Assembly (NCBI GenBank): GCA_964520295.1
Contig: CAZFMQ010000003.1
Location: 1,060 to 65,059, forward strand
Source: an uncultured Candidatus Saccharibacteria bacterium
Lineage (GTDB): Bacteria > Patescibacteriota > Minisyncoccia > Phycocordibacterales > EsbW-18
DNA length: 64,000 bases
Direction of reading: 5' to 3'
The translations under genes and the position numbers were made by a program. This document shows, piece by piece, positions 29,625-39,105 of the stretch (within the stretch, counting starts at the first letter, position 1; each line of letters begins with the position of its first letter). Under the pieces are notes generated by a model. The model did no database searches. It was not told the origin of the DNA and saw nothing but the letters and a program-made list of their open reading frames with translations.

Positions 29625-30080
29625 ATGCAAGAGATACGGTGCAACTCACTTGAAGAACTCGGCGCATGCGCACTGCGAGTAGTACAGTGCGTGCCGGCAT
29701 ACAACGATCATGCCACCGTCCTTGGGCTTTCGGGAGATTTGGGCGCAGGCAAAACCGCGTTTACAAAACTACTTGCTGAGCACCTCGGTGTTACCGAGCA
29801 CGTCACGAGTCCGACGTTTGTCATTCAAAAAAACTACGCAACTACTGATACACGCTTTACAACACTCGTGCACATTGATGCGTACCGTCTTGCTAGTGGG
29901 CAAGAATTAGCGCCACTACGCTGGCAAGAAACGTGTGCAACACCCAACACACTCATTATCATTGAGTGGCCAGAACAGGTGCGTGATGCATTACCCGATG
30001 ACACCATCACATTGTCATTTGCGGTCACAGGAGACACTGAACGCACCATAACACTACCAGACAACCTACAGTGCGTATGA
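29625..30080 (+). CDS. tsaE: tRNA t6A biosynthesis ATPase TsaE
   Basis: LSGDLGAGKT, VTSPTF, HIDAYRL, IEWPE. Start moved to ATG 29625. Confidence 0.94.
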   Translation: MQEIRCNSLEELGACALRVVQCVPAYNDHATVLGLSGDLGAGKTAFTKLLAEHLGVTEHVTSPTFVIQKNYATTDTRFTTLVHIDAYRLASGQELAPLRWQETCATPNTLIIIEWPEQVRDALPDDTITLSFAVTGDTERTITLPDNLQCV

Positions 30081-32443
30081 GTCCAACAAAGAACAAAAAA
30101 CGTCTCGTGGTATTGGATGCGCACGCTATTATTCACCGCGCCTATCACGCACTGCCTGATTTCACGTCTGCAACGGGCGAGCCAACAGGCGCGCTCTATG
30201 GTCTGTCGGCAATGCTTTTGAAGTTTATTGGTGATTTGAAGCCCGATTACATTGTTGCGGCATACGATTTGCCAAAACCCACCTATCGCCACGACGCATT
30301 TGATGCATACAAAGCGGGCAGAGCAAAAACAGATGATGCGCTCGTTGCACAAATAGAGCGTAGTCGTGAAATTATGTCTGCATTTGCCATCCCTATATAT
30401 CAAAAAGAAGGATTTGAAGCAGACGATATCATCGGCACTATTGTAGAGAAAACAAAACACAACAAAGAGGTAGAGGTCGTCATTGCATCGGGCGACACCG
30501 ACACACTGCAGTTGGTGGAAAATAATCGCGTGAAAGTATTTACCCTACGCAAAGGTATTCAAGATACTGTGCTGTATGACGAAGATGATGTGCGCACGCG
30601 TTTTGGTTTTGATGCGGACTTTTTGCCCGACTACAAAGGATTGCGCGGTGATCCATCCGACAACATTCCTGGCATTGCGGGCATTGGAGAGAAAACAGCC
30701 ACACTACTCATCACCACCTTCGGCAGTATTGAGCAGATGTATAAAAAACTTGCAAAAGATGAAGGTGCATTTGAAAAAGCAGGCATCACAAAACGCATCA
30801 TCGGTCTCTTGAAGGAGGGGAAGGAGGATGCAGAGTTTTCAAAAATGCTCGGCACTATTCGTCGCGACGCACCAATTGATTTTGTGATTCCAGACATTGC
30901 ATGGCGCGATGCAGTACCCGTGCAGAAAATGCTTGCATTGTTTGATACGCTCGGTTTTCGCTCGCTTGCGGCGCGTGCACGAACACAATTTAAGGTTGCC
31001 GAAACACTGTTTGCTGACGCTGACACGCCCGAGGACACGCTCTCAGGTGCAGAATTAGAGGAAACAAAGGTAGCGGTGTGGATTCTCAACTCTGAACTTA
31101 CTACACCGTCTGAACAAGATATTCTCTCGTATACGAAAGCGCGTTCTCTGGTGGATGCTCGCGCCAAGGCGCTCGCACGCATCAAGGAAGAAAATCTTGT
31201 GGACGTATTTGAGCACATAGAAAAACCCCTCATACCACTACTGGCAAAAATGAAAGAAACAGGCGTTGCGCTTGATACCGCATATCTCAAAACCTTGTCG
31301 GTTGATTATCACCGCGAGCTCTCGGTGTTGGAGAAAAAGATATGGAAACGTGCCGGTGGCGAATTCAACATCAATTCGCCAAAACAGCTCGGCGAGGTGT
31401 TATTTGAGAAGTTGGGATTGAAGGGTGGCAAAAAAACATCCACAGGGCAACGCTCAACGCGTGAATCAGAATTGCAAAAGCTTGCTGACGAGCATCCAAT
31501 TGTGCACGAAATACTTGCATATCGTGAACTACAAAAATTATTGTCCACCTACATTGATACGCTACCGAAGCAGGTGGGGCAGGACGGCCGATTGCACGCA
31601 ACATTTGTACAAACGGGTACGACCACAGGACGATTGTCATCACAGAATCCCAATGTGCAAAATATTCCTATTCGCACCGACTTGGGTCGCGCGGTGCGCG
31701 GTGGCTTTGTTGCGGAAAAAGGATTCGCACTTGTAGCGATGGATTACTCACAAATTGAATTGCGCCTAGCGGCTATCGTGTCGGGTGATGAGCGCTTTGT
31801 GGAAACATTTCGTGCGGGTGGCGACATTCACACCTCGGTGGCATCAGAAATTTTTGACGTTACGCCGGAAGAGGTAACAGCGGATATGCGCCGTACTGCA
31901 AAAGTCATTAACTTCGGGATTATTTATGGTATGGGTGCTAACGCACTTGCGGCAACGGCGGAAATGCCTCGCGCTGACGCACAAAAGTATTTGGCTGAAT
32001 TTGAGCGCACGTACACAGGCATTGCACGGTACATTGCCGATACCAAAAAACAAGTTCGTGCACGTGGGTATGTAGAAACGCTGTTTGGTCGTCGTCGATA
32101 TCTACCGGGCATCACATCATCGTTGCCATATATTCGCGCAGAAGCAGAACGACAAGCAATCAATGCGCCGTTGCAAGGTACCTCTGCCGACATTATTAAG
32201 ATTGCGATGGTGGAAGCAGAAAAATATATTGTTGAAAAGGGATTGTCTGAGCGGGTGCGTTTGGTGTTGCAGATTCACGACGAGTTGATTTATGAAATTG
32301 CTGAAGACATGGTGGAGCAGGTGACGCCTGTGTTGCGCAGTATTATGGAGAAAGCGTTACCTGATGAGATGCGCCATGATGTGCCGATTGTGGTGGAGGC
32401 ATCCACAGGGCGACGGTGGGGTGAGCTCAAGAAACTCAAATAG
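30077..32443 (+). CDS. polA: DNA polymerase I (5'-3' exonuclease plus polymerase; 3'-5' exonuclease domain largely absent)
   Basis: HRAYHA, EADD, GDPSDNIPG, DYSQIELR, KVINFGIIYG, LQIHDEL; only about 790 aa. Confidence 0.96.
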   Translation: MSPTKNKKRLVVLDAHAIIHRAYHALPDFTSATGEPTGALYGLSAMLLKFIGDLKPDYIVAAYDLPKPTYRHDAFDAYKAGRAKTDDALVAQIERSREIMSAFAIPIYQKEGFEADDIIGTIVEKTKHNKEVEVVIASGDTDTLQLVENNRVKVFTLRKGIQDTVLYDEDDVRTRFGFDADFLPDYKGLRGDPSDNIPGIAGIGEKTATLLITTFGSIEQMYKKLAKDEGAFEKAGITKRIIGLLKEGKEDAEFSKMLGTIRRDAPIDFVIPDIAWRDAVPVQKMLALFDTLGFRSLAARARTQFKVAETLFADADTPEDTLSGAELEETKVAVWILNSELTTPSEQDILSYTKARSLVDARAKALARIKEENLVDVFEHIEKPLIPLLAKMKETGVALDTAYLKTLSVDYHRELSVLEKKIWKRAGGEFNINSPKQLGEVLFEKLGLKGGKKTSTGQRSTRESELQKLADEHPIVHEILAYRELQKLLSTYIDTLPKQVGQDGRLHATFVQTGTTTGRLSSQNPNVQNIPIRTDLGRAVRGGFVAEKGFALVAMDYSQIELRLAAIVSGDERFVETFRAGGDIHTSVASEIFDVTPEEVTADMRRTAKVINFGIIYGMGANALAATAEMPRADAQKYLAEFERTYTGIARYIADTKKQVRARGYVETLFGRRRYLPGITSSLPYIRAEAERQAINAPLQGTSADIIKIAMVEAEKYIVEKGLSERVRLVLQIHDELIYEIAEDMVEQVTPVLRSIMEKALPDEMRHDVPIVVEASTGRRWGELKKLK

Positions 32444-32445
32444 AT

Positions 32446-33147
32446 ATGCTGTACGTTTTTACGGGAACTGATAGAGACAAAATATATCGCGAGACGAATG
32501 CGATGCTTGCGGCACTTGCTAAAAAGCGTCCGAATGCAGAAGTATTTCGCATGAGTGATAGTGCAGATATTCTGCGTTTACCCGATTTGATAGAGGGTAC
32601 AGGATTATTTGAAGAGAAGCATATCGTGGTATTGCAGGGAATATTGGATACAGAAGAGGCGCGCGCGCTTGCGAGCGCGCGCGCCAAAGACATCGCCGCA
32701 TCCGAGCACATTTTTATTGTCATTGAACATGCGCTCACTGCAGATATAAAAAAGACGCTGAAAAAACATGCACATGCATTTTCTGAATACGACGTTACAA
32801 AAGAAAAACCAAAAACTATAAATGTATTTGCACTCACTGATGCCATTGCGCGGCGTGACAAAAAACAAGCATGGGTTATTTTGCAACGCGTACTCCGCGA
32901 GGGAACACCTGCAGAAGAAATACACGGCATTGTGTGGTGGCAGATAAAAACACTCCTGCTTGTGCTTCGTGGTGACACGGCAGACATCAAACCATTTACT
33001 ATTTCAAAAGCAAAAAGCGCACTACCGCATTTTAGTGAAGCAGAATTGTCTACATACGCACGGCAACTTGTGACGATGTACCACGATTCTCGTGCGCAAG
33101 GTCCTTCGTTGGACATTGCACTGGAGCAGTTTGTATTAGGGTTATAG
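32446..33147 (+). CDS. holA: DNA polymerase III delta subunit-like protein
   Basis: MLYVFTG, GLFEEKHIVV, NVFALTDAI, KPFTISK, LEQFVL pattern. Confidence 0.7.
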   Translation: MLYVFTGTDRDKIYRETNAMLAALAKKRPNAEVFRMSDSADILRLPDLIEGTGLFEEKHIVVLQGILDTEEARALASARAKDIAASEHIFIVIEHALTADIKKTLKKHAHAFSEYDVTKEKPKTINVFALTDAIARRDKKQAWVILQRVLREGTPAEEIHGIVWWQIKTLLLVLRGDTADIKPFTISKAKSALPHFSEAELSTYARQLVTMYHDSRAQGPSLDIALEQFVLGL

Positions 33148-33209
33148 AAACATTGTCACTAAGCCATTTTTATTGTAGGATACACGGTGTTGTTTCTTAT
33201 TTTCAATAT

Positions 33210-33283
33210 CCGCCCATAGCTCAGCCTGGTAGAGCACCTGCCTTTTAAGCAGAGGGTCGTTGGTTCGATTCCAACTGGGCGGA
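33210..33283 (+). tRNA. tRNA-Lys(UUU)
   Basis: Acceptor ccgccca/tgggcgg, anticodon loop cttttaa, T-loop ttcgatt. Confidence 0.93.
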
Positions 33284-33294
33284 CAACGTGATAC

Positions 33295-33762
33295 ATGCTT
33301 TCCGTTATCCTAGACAATGTACGAAGTGTGCATAATGTCGGTTCTCTATTTCGTACCTGTGATGGTGCGGGTGTTGCAACACTCTACCTCTGCGGTGTAA
33401 CGCCCACACCATTGGACCGTTTTGGTCGTGTCCGCAAAGATATGGCAAAAGTTGCACTGGGCACTGAACACACAACACCATGGGAACATTATGAAAGTAC
33501 GCTGGCATGTATCACACAACTCAAAAAAGACGGCGTGCATGTGGTGGCAGTTGAACAAGATGATCGCGCACAAACGTATACCGACGTTGTTACAGATGTA
33601 CCCACCGCATTTGTATTTGGAGAAGAGACGAAAGGATTGTCGCGCGACATACTCGATGCGTGCGATGCCGTCATCGAAATCCCTATGCATGGAAAAAAAG
33701 AATCACTCAATGTATCAGTGAGTGCAGGGATTGTGTTATTTCATGCGCGTAGTCGCACGTAG
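33295..33762 (+). CDS. SpoU/TrmH family RNA methyltransferase
   Basis: DNVRSVHNVGSLFRT, FGEETKGL, IPMHG..ESLNVS. Confidence 0.9.
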   Translation: MLSVILDNVRSVHNVGSLFRTCDGAGVATLYLCGVTPTPLDRFGRVRKDMAKVALGTEHTTPWEHYESTLACITQLKKDGVHVVAVEQDDRAQTYTDVVTDVPTAFVFGEETKGLSRDILDACDAVIEIPMHGKKESLNVSVSAGIVLFHARSRT

Positions 33763-33764
33763 TG

Positions 33765-34778
33765 TTATCGGTACTCCAACACATCCACGAGTAACCCATT
33801 ATTATCACGGAGAATAATTGCTTCCCGTTCATCGCGCCACATGTTGCGACGATCTAAGAAAAGTCGCCACTCATCACCAAAGAAATTAGGATCTGTTTTG
33901 TGCAAATCCACACACCCGCTGTACGTTGCATATTCATCAATAAAATCAGCACACTCTTCAAGCTCATCAATACGCGTATTTAAATTTGGATCGTACTCAC
34001 GACACATTGGCACACGCTCAATTTCATGCCAACACGCGTCAAAATCATCATCGTCCTCAAAGAAATCAGCAGTAAAGGTGCGCAGTGCCAACGGCTCATT
34101 TTTGAGTGTGGGGCAACTGTAACCTAATCCTGGGTGCACTGTATACGTTGAGGACAAATAGCCCGTGCACATGTTGGTCAAAAAACTAGTATTGATGCCG
34201 TCGGGATATTCGCTGGCAACAATGGCGCGTTCTCCGGGAAGTAGAAAAACATTTTTATTTGAACGACGCTGGCGTGGTGATTCCAATACCTGTGCACCTG
34301 CAGGGAGTGTAGCGCGATTACCCGACACCGCACTTTCTAGTCGCCAGCCTGTTATGAAAATAGGTGTGTTGTTTTGTGCACGTGAACGAATGACGACATA
34401 TTCGCGCTGTGGGTCGGAGGTACGTGTGTTGCCGTGTTCAAGAGTGATGATGTCGTAGTAGGGAGAGCGGTTCTGTTCAGCTTCTATTTGTGCGATTGCG
34501 TGTTCCAATTCTGCAATCTCATTTTCAATGCGGTCAAGTTCGCCACGGCGGTACTCATCTGCATCAACGAACCCATCACCATTGGTGTCGTATGAGCGAG
34601 AATATGAAGGAGAGGTAATCGTTTGCGATGCGGGTGATGATTGCGAGGATGAGTATCCCGAGCGTCCCCCAATGCTGTCGGGAATACTGTTATTGCCAAG
34701 AATACCTTCATCTTGCAATAAGGACACCAAAAAAATACCTGCGATAACAAAGAATGCGACTTTTACCAAATCAGACAT
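33765..34778 (-). CDS. Membrane-anchored protein with an EF-hand-like loop and a lamin-tail-like/Cys-rich domain
   Basis: TM helix, DTNGDGFVDADE, EYVVI..ITGWRL, ILRDNNGLLVD. Confidence 0.6.
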   Translation of the reverse strand: MSDLVKVAFFVIAGIFLVSLLQDEGILGNNSIPDSIGGRSGYSSSQSSPASQTITSPSYSRSYDTNGDGFVDADEYRRGELDRIENEIAELEHAIAQIEAEQNRSPYYDIITLEHGNTRTSDPQREYVVIRSRAQNNTPIFITGWRLESAVSGNRATLPAGAQVLESPRQRRSNKNVFLLPGERAIVASEYPDGINTSFLTNMCTGYLSSTYTVHPGLGYSCPTLKNEPLALRTFTADFFEDDDDFDACWHEIERVPMCREYDPNLNTRIDELEECADFIDEYATYSGCVDLHKTDPNFFGDEWRLFLDRRNMWRDEREAIILRDNNGLLVDVLEYR

Positions 34779-34786
34779 ACAAATAA

Positions 34787-36079
34787 TTATTGCACAAGTT
34801 TCTCTAATTCCTCGCGCACAACAGTGGCATCGTCCCACGGTATTTTTTGTCCGTGTGCGCCCATGATGTACGGATCCGTGCCCTTGCCCGTAATAAGAAC
34901 TGCGACCTGTCCGTGTTCGCCACGTGCGGAGAGTTCACGCGCTTGTTGGAGTGCGGTGTGTAGTGCTTCACGGCGGTCCAGGATAATCTGTAACTTGTTT
35001 TTGTTTTTGATACCTTCCGCCATCTGTTCAAGAATGGCGTGCGGATCTTCATCATAGGGGTCTTCGTTGGTGAGAATGACCTGTTCACAGTGTGATTCTG
35101 CAATGGCTGCCATTTTCGGGCGTTTCCATGTGTCGCGTCCACCGCCTGTGTTACCAAGTACACAAATGTTGGTTGTTTTTTCAAATGCGCCGTACAGTGC
35201 CATGAGTGAATCGGGCGTGTGCGCATAATCCACAACCACATCAAACTTCTGCCCCGCATGTACGAACTCTGCGCGACCACGGATTTTTTTGACGCGCGCG
35301 ATACCGCGCGCGGTAGTTTCAAGCGGAATATTTTGACTTTCACCAAAGGTGATAGCGGCGAGTGCATTGTACACGTTGAACTCACCGGCAAGCGCAACCT
35401 CAAACGGTATTTTTTTGTACGTGAACGATGAGCCGTGTGTGCTCGTGCGTAGTACGTGTGCATCCGCAAGCGTGTAGGGAAGTGCGTAGGTTGTACCAAC
35501 TGCGAGGAACGCCTCACTCTCTCGGTCATCTGCGTTGGCAACGATGACCGTGCCCGCTTTGCGCGAGTGCGCGAGCGCTCGCGCAATAGAAAGCTTCGCG
35601 TCTTTGTATTTTTCAAATGAACCGTGTGATTCTATGTGCTCGGGTGCAAGGTTAGTGAACACGAGCGCGTCCATATCAATCCACTTGTGACGAAACTGTT
35701 TCGCGCCTTCCGATGTCATCTCAATCACTGCCCACTGACAACCTGCCGATACTGCGCGGCGCAAAAAACGCTGCACAAAGAAGCGACCCGGAATAGTCAT
35801 TTTGTAGAGGTTGCGTTCTTCATGGTCGCCAATTTTAAAACGAATGGTGCCCAAGACAGCGGTGGTGTATCCCGCTTCTTCCAATACGGCGTTGATGAGT
35901 TCAGTCACTGACGATTTTCCTTTCGTGCCCGTCACCGCAACAACCTTCAGTGAACGTGCGGGGAAGCGGTAGACGAGCGCTGATATGAGTGCAAGTGTCC
36001 AGTGATACGCCGGTTGTATAAGGCGATACAGTTTTTTTGGTACAAGACGTTCAATAGCGCGCAAGATTTTGTTGAGCAT
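34787..36079 (-). CDS. murE: MurE-like UDP-MurNAc-peptide ligase (lacks the usual N-terminal domain)
   Basis: VTGTKGKSS, EMTSEG, FTNLAPEH, DYAHTPDS, GGGRD..KRPKM, ITGKG. Confidence 0.85.
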   Translation of the reverse strand: MLNKILRAIERLVPKKLYRLIQPAYHWTLALISALVYRFPARSLKVVAVTGTKGKSSVTELINAVLEEAGYTTAVLGTIRFKIGDHEERNLYKMTIPGRFFVQRFLRRAVSAGCQWAVIEMTSEGAKQFRHKWIDMDALVFTNLAPEHIESHGSFEKYKDAKLSIARALAHSRKAGTVIVANADDRESEAFLAVGTTYALPYTLADAHVLRTSTHGSSFTYKKIPFEVALAGEFNVYNALAAITFGESQNIPLETTARGIARVKKIRGRAEFVHAGQKFDVVVDYAHTPDSLMALYGAFEKTTNICVLGNTGGGRDTWKRPKMAAIAESHCEQVILTNEDPYDEDPHAILEQMAEGIKNKNKLQIILDRREALHTALQQARELSARGEHGQVAVLITGKGTDPYIMGAHGQKIPWDDATVVREELEKLVQ

Positions 36080-36088
36080 AGCGGTGTA

Positions 36089-36652
36089 TTAGTTTTTGCC
36101 GAGTATTTTGAGTGCTTCTTTGGTGCGTTCCGATGTGCCGATCACATCTGCATCTAGTTTCTGCACCGCTTTTCGCGCCTCTGTTTGTGAATAGCCCAAC
36201 GATACAAGTACTTCCATAACGTCAGCATCGCCATCAAGTGCACTGCCACCTGTTTCACCCAATTTGTCTTTAAGTGTCAGCACAATGCGCTCGGCGGTTT
36301 TTTTGCCGATGCCGGATACTTTGGTGAGGTAGGTCACATTTTCTTCCGCAACGGCTTTTTTGAGAATGTCAGGTGTTGCCAATGAGAGCACGGCGAGCGC
36401 AGAGCGCGGGCCGATAGAAGGCACAGACAGCAAGAGTTCAAAAAGTGCGAGTTCATCACGGTCAGCAAAGCCAAAGAGTTCAGAAGCATTCTCACGCACT
36501 GCGTGGTACGTCCATAGTGACACCGGCGCATTGAGTTTCATTTGTGTGGCAGTGTCGCGCGCGGTGTGTACGGCATAGCCGACACCACCAACGCCAATAA
36601 TGACCAACCCCGGCTCAAGGTGTAGTACAGTTCCTGATAGGTGTGCAATCAT
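36089..36652 (-). CDS. ruvA: Holliday junction DNA-binding protein RuvA
   Basis: MIAHLSG, GGVGY, LFGF, IGPRSAL, GIGKKTAERI. Confidence 0.96.
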   Translation of the reverse strand: MIAHLSGTVLHLEPGLVIIGVGGVGYAVHTARDTATQMKLNAPVSLWTYHAVRENASELFGFADRDELALFELLLSVPSIGPRSALAVLSLATPDILKKAVAEENVTYLTKVSGIGKKTAERIVLTLKDKLGETGGSALDGDADVMEVLVSLGYSQTEARKAVQKLDADVIGTSERTKEALKILGKN

Positions 36653-36742
36653 GCATGTAGTATAGCGTGAGAAGGGGAACAGAGCACAGAGGATAGGGTG
36701 AGGGGTTGACGTTGCCGCCCGTTCTGGTATTCTGTCTCCGTT

Positions 36743-37009
36743 ATGCCAATTCTCGATAATGCAAAGAAAGCAATGCGTTCAAGCGCTCGTAAGCGCGTGT
36801 TCAACTTGCGCCGTACCCGTGCCATGAAAGCGGTGGTGAAGGATGTGCGCGATTTGGTTGCCGATGGTAAGGGCAAAGATGCAAGCGCAAAACTTGCCGA
36901 AGCATACAAGGCAATTGATAAGGCGGCAAAACGCGGTGTCATCAAGAAAAACACTGCATCACGCAAGAAGGCACGCCTCTCGGCTCTCCTCAAAAAAGCA
37001 ACAAGCTAA
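36743..37009 (+). CDS. rpsT: 30S ribosomal protein S20
   Basis: AYKAIDKAAKRGVIKKNTASRKKARL. Confidence 0.96.
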   Translation: MPILDNAKKAMRSSARKRVFNLRRTRAMKAVVKDVRDLVADGKGKDASAKLAEAYKAIDKAAKRGVIKKNTASRKKARLSALLKKATS

Positions 37010-37107
37010 ATACCAGCCCTATGAGGACTGGTATTTTTGTATAGGCGGTGGTACGCTCTCAAGTAGATTGATTGTTCCACGTAGGTAGCAACCACAAGGG
37101 GGTGGTC

Positions 37108-37467
37108 ATGTTCCAAAACGCAGTACACGTCACACGGTGGTTCGTGCACCCGGAATCTGGAATCACGTCTGAAGTCATCGGACGTGAGGTTGGGGAAGAG
37201 AACACCCATCACGCTGTGCCGTGTTCTGACGGAACACGACGCGACCTCTATGAGGTCTCGCCGTACTTCCTCAAGAAGTTGCGTGCACATGGGAAGCCAT
37301 TGCGCTTCTCGGTGTGGTGCTCCAACGATGGAGAGTTGCCACATCCCTTCGTGCAGAAGGCGCGGCACCAGCGCACGCCCGATCCGGAAGTGCGCAAGAT
37401 GTTCCGTGCGCTGCTCAAGCTCCACAGAGAGCGGGAGATGCGAGCGCGGGGCATCCATCTGAGCTGA
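37108..37467 (+). CDS. Orphan hypothetical protein (C-rich third codon positions, SD-led)
   Basis: SD-like aagggggtgg before ATG 37108; sits between the rpsT terminator and the tRNA-Arg 3' end. Confidence 0.6.
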   Translation: MFQNAVHVTRWFVHPESGITSEVIGREVGEENTHHAVPCSDGTRRDLYEVSPYFLKKLRAHGKPLRFSVWCSNDGELPHPFVQKARHQRTPDPEVRKMFRALLKLHREREMRARGIHLS

Positions 37468-37564
37468 TGAAGTTCAGAATCATAATCGAGCGACGGTATC
37501 ACCACCGTCGCTCTTCTCTTTTTCAAAGGAGCCGAATGCTAACGCACCCGGCTCCTTTGTTTTG

Positions 37565-37636
37565 TGCTCTCGGCAGGAATCGAACCTGCATTACAAGCTC
37601 CGCAAGCTTGCGTCCTATCCGTTGAACGACGAGAGC
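37565..37636 (-). tRNA. tRNA-Arg(GCG)
   Basis: Reverse complement gctctcg...caagc-ttGCGga-gcttg...ggttcgattcc..cgagagca. Confidence 0.9.
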
Positions 37637-37733
37637 GGACATGTTCCCCGATTGACCTCTTGTATCGTATTCAATACAAGAGCCAGCACTTCATGAAGTG
37701 CGTCGCTACTGTAGCAGAAAAAGCGGAGGATTT

Positions 37734-38192
37734 CTAGAACCCAAAACGATTGAGGGTGAGATCAAAGAATGTGCGGTGCACTTCAACTTCTCGCAAAAAT
37801 CGTTTCAATATTTCACGCACCTCTTCTGCAGTTACCGTTTCTAATTGCACCGTGATGTATGGCACTGCCATTTTGCGCGATGTGAGCACTAATTGTTGTG
37901 GGTCAGTGTCTTCGTGAATCCAAAATGATTGTAGTGTCGCATACGGAAAGAGTGTCGTGCCAATCAATACGCCGCGTTCGGTGATTTCACAATGCAAAGG
38001 ACGTGGATGGCGCAATGCGTGCAACGAAAGTGCCACAACACCGATGGCAATGACCAAGCCAAAGAGTAAATTGCCAAAAATAATTGAGAGCACGACACCA
38101 CCGACTGCTAAAATACCAAGCCCCCAAAACCAATCGGTGCTTCGTTGTTGATACACGTATTCAGACGTGTCCCATGCCAGATGTGTCTGCAT
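37734..38192 (-). CDS. Hypothetical two-TM membrane protein with a PH-like C-domain
   Basis: EY..RSTDWFWG, two TM helices, ITERGV..FPY..LQSFWI. Confidence 0.7.
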   Translation of the reverse strand: MQTHLAWDTSEYVYQQRSTDWFWGLGILAVGGVVLSIIFGNLLFGLVIAIGVVALSLHALRHPRPLHCEITERGVLIGTTLFPYATLQSFWIHEDTDPQQLVLTSRKMAVPYITVQLETVTAEEVREILKRFLREVEVHRTFFDLTLNRFGF

Positions 38193-38269
38193 GCACATAG
38201 CGTAGCATGTCTGCCAGTTGCTCAAAACACTTTTTGTTAGTATTGTGCACGTGTTGAAAGCACAATATT

Positions 38270-38356
38270 GGTGGGGTGGCAGAGTGGTCTAATGCACCTG
38301 TCTTGAAAACAGGAGTCTCTTCACGGGGACCGTGAGTTCGAATCTCACCCCCACCG
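38270..38356 (+). tRNA. tRNA-Ser(UGA)
   Basis: ggtgggg/ccccacc acceptor, cctgt-ctTGAaa-acagg, long variable arm. Confidence 0.94.
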
Positions 38357-38359
38357 CAC

Positions 38360-38746
38360 ATGATTCTCGGTATTGATTATGGCACCAAGCGAGTGGGCGT
38401 CGCACTCTCTGATCAAGGTGAGACGCTTGCGTTTCCGCACACGGTTCTACAAAATACAAAAACACTCACCGAAGATATTGCGACAATAGTACAAAAAGAA
38501 AACGTGCATCTTATCGTGCTCGGCTACTCCTCTGATTTGCAAGGCAACGACAATCCGCTTATGGAACGCATTCATGAGTTCAAAAAAGAATTGGAAACAC
38601 AGGTTGCAGTACCTATCGTATTTGAGCAGGAGTGGCTGTCTTCGCAGGAGGCATCGCGTTTTATGGGGGCGGGGGATATGCTAGATGCATCAGCAGCAGC
38701 TATCATTTTGCAAAGATTTTTAGATAAAAAAAGATTTCAACAATAA
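38360..38746 (+). CDS. ruvX: YqgF/RuvX family nuclease
   Basis: LGIDYGTKRVGVALSD, EWLSSQEA, DASAAAIILQ. Confidence 0.92.
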   Translation: MILGIDYGTKRVGVALSDQGETLAFPHTVLQNTKTLTEDIATIVQKENVHLIVLGYSSDLQGNDNPLMERIHEFKKELETQVAVPIVFEQEWLSSQEASRFMGAGDMLDASAAAIILQRFLDKKRFQQ

Positions 38747-38751
38747 ACATT

Positions 38752-39096
38752 ATGGAACACATCTCATACGACGACTTTAAAAAAGTAGACATTCGCATCG
38801 GCAAGATTCTTTCCGTTGAGGTTGTGCCTGAAACAGATAAGCTCTTGCGTTTGGAAGTTGATTTCAATGAAGGTGCACCCCGCCAGATTATCTCAGGTAT
38901 CAAAGAGTACGTTGATGATATGCAGTCGCTCGTGGGAAAGAAAACAACATTTGTGTGCAATCTTGAACCGCGCACCATCAAGGGTTTGGAAAGCAATGGT
39001 ATGTTGTTCGCCGCATCAGTGGGCGAAGGAGATGAAAAACAGTTCTCATTCATTATCCCCGAATCTGATATGCCAGAAGGTACGCGCTTGGGGTAA
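38752..39096 (+). CDS. Stand-alone tRNA-binding OB-fold protein (Trbp111/CsaA/MetRS C-domain type)
   Basis: DDFKKVDIRIG, DKLLRL, RQIISGI, NLEPR..G.ESNGM. Confidence 0.88.
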   Translation: MEHISYDDFKKVDIRIGKILSVEVVPETDKLLRLEVDFNEGAPRQIISGIKEYVDDMQSLVGKKTTFVCNLEPRTIKGLESNGMLFAASVGEGDEKQFSFIIPESDMPEGTRLG

Positions 39097-39105
39097 TATG
39101 AGTGC

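Noticed and set aside
30077-32443. polA as a pseudogene because it is short
   Set aside because: The frame is intact with all 5'-exonuclease and polymerase motifs; loss of the proofreading domain is common.
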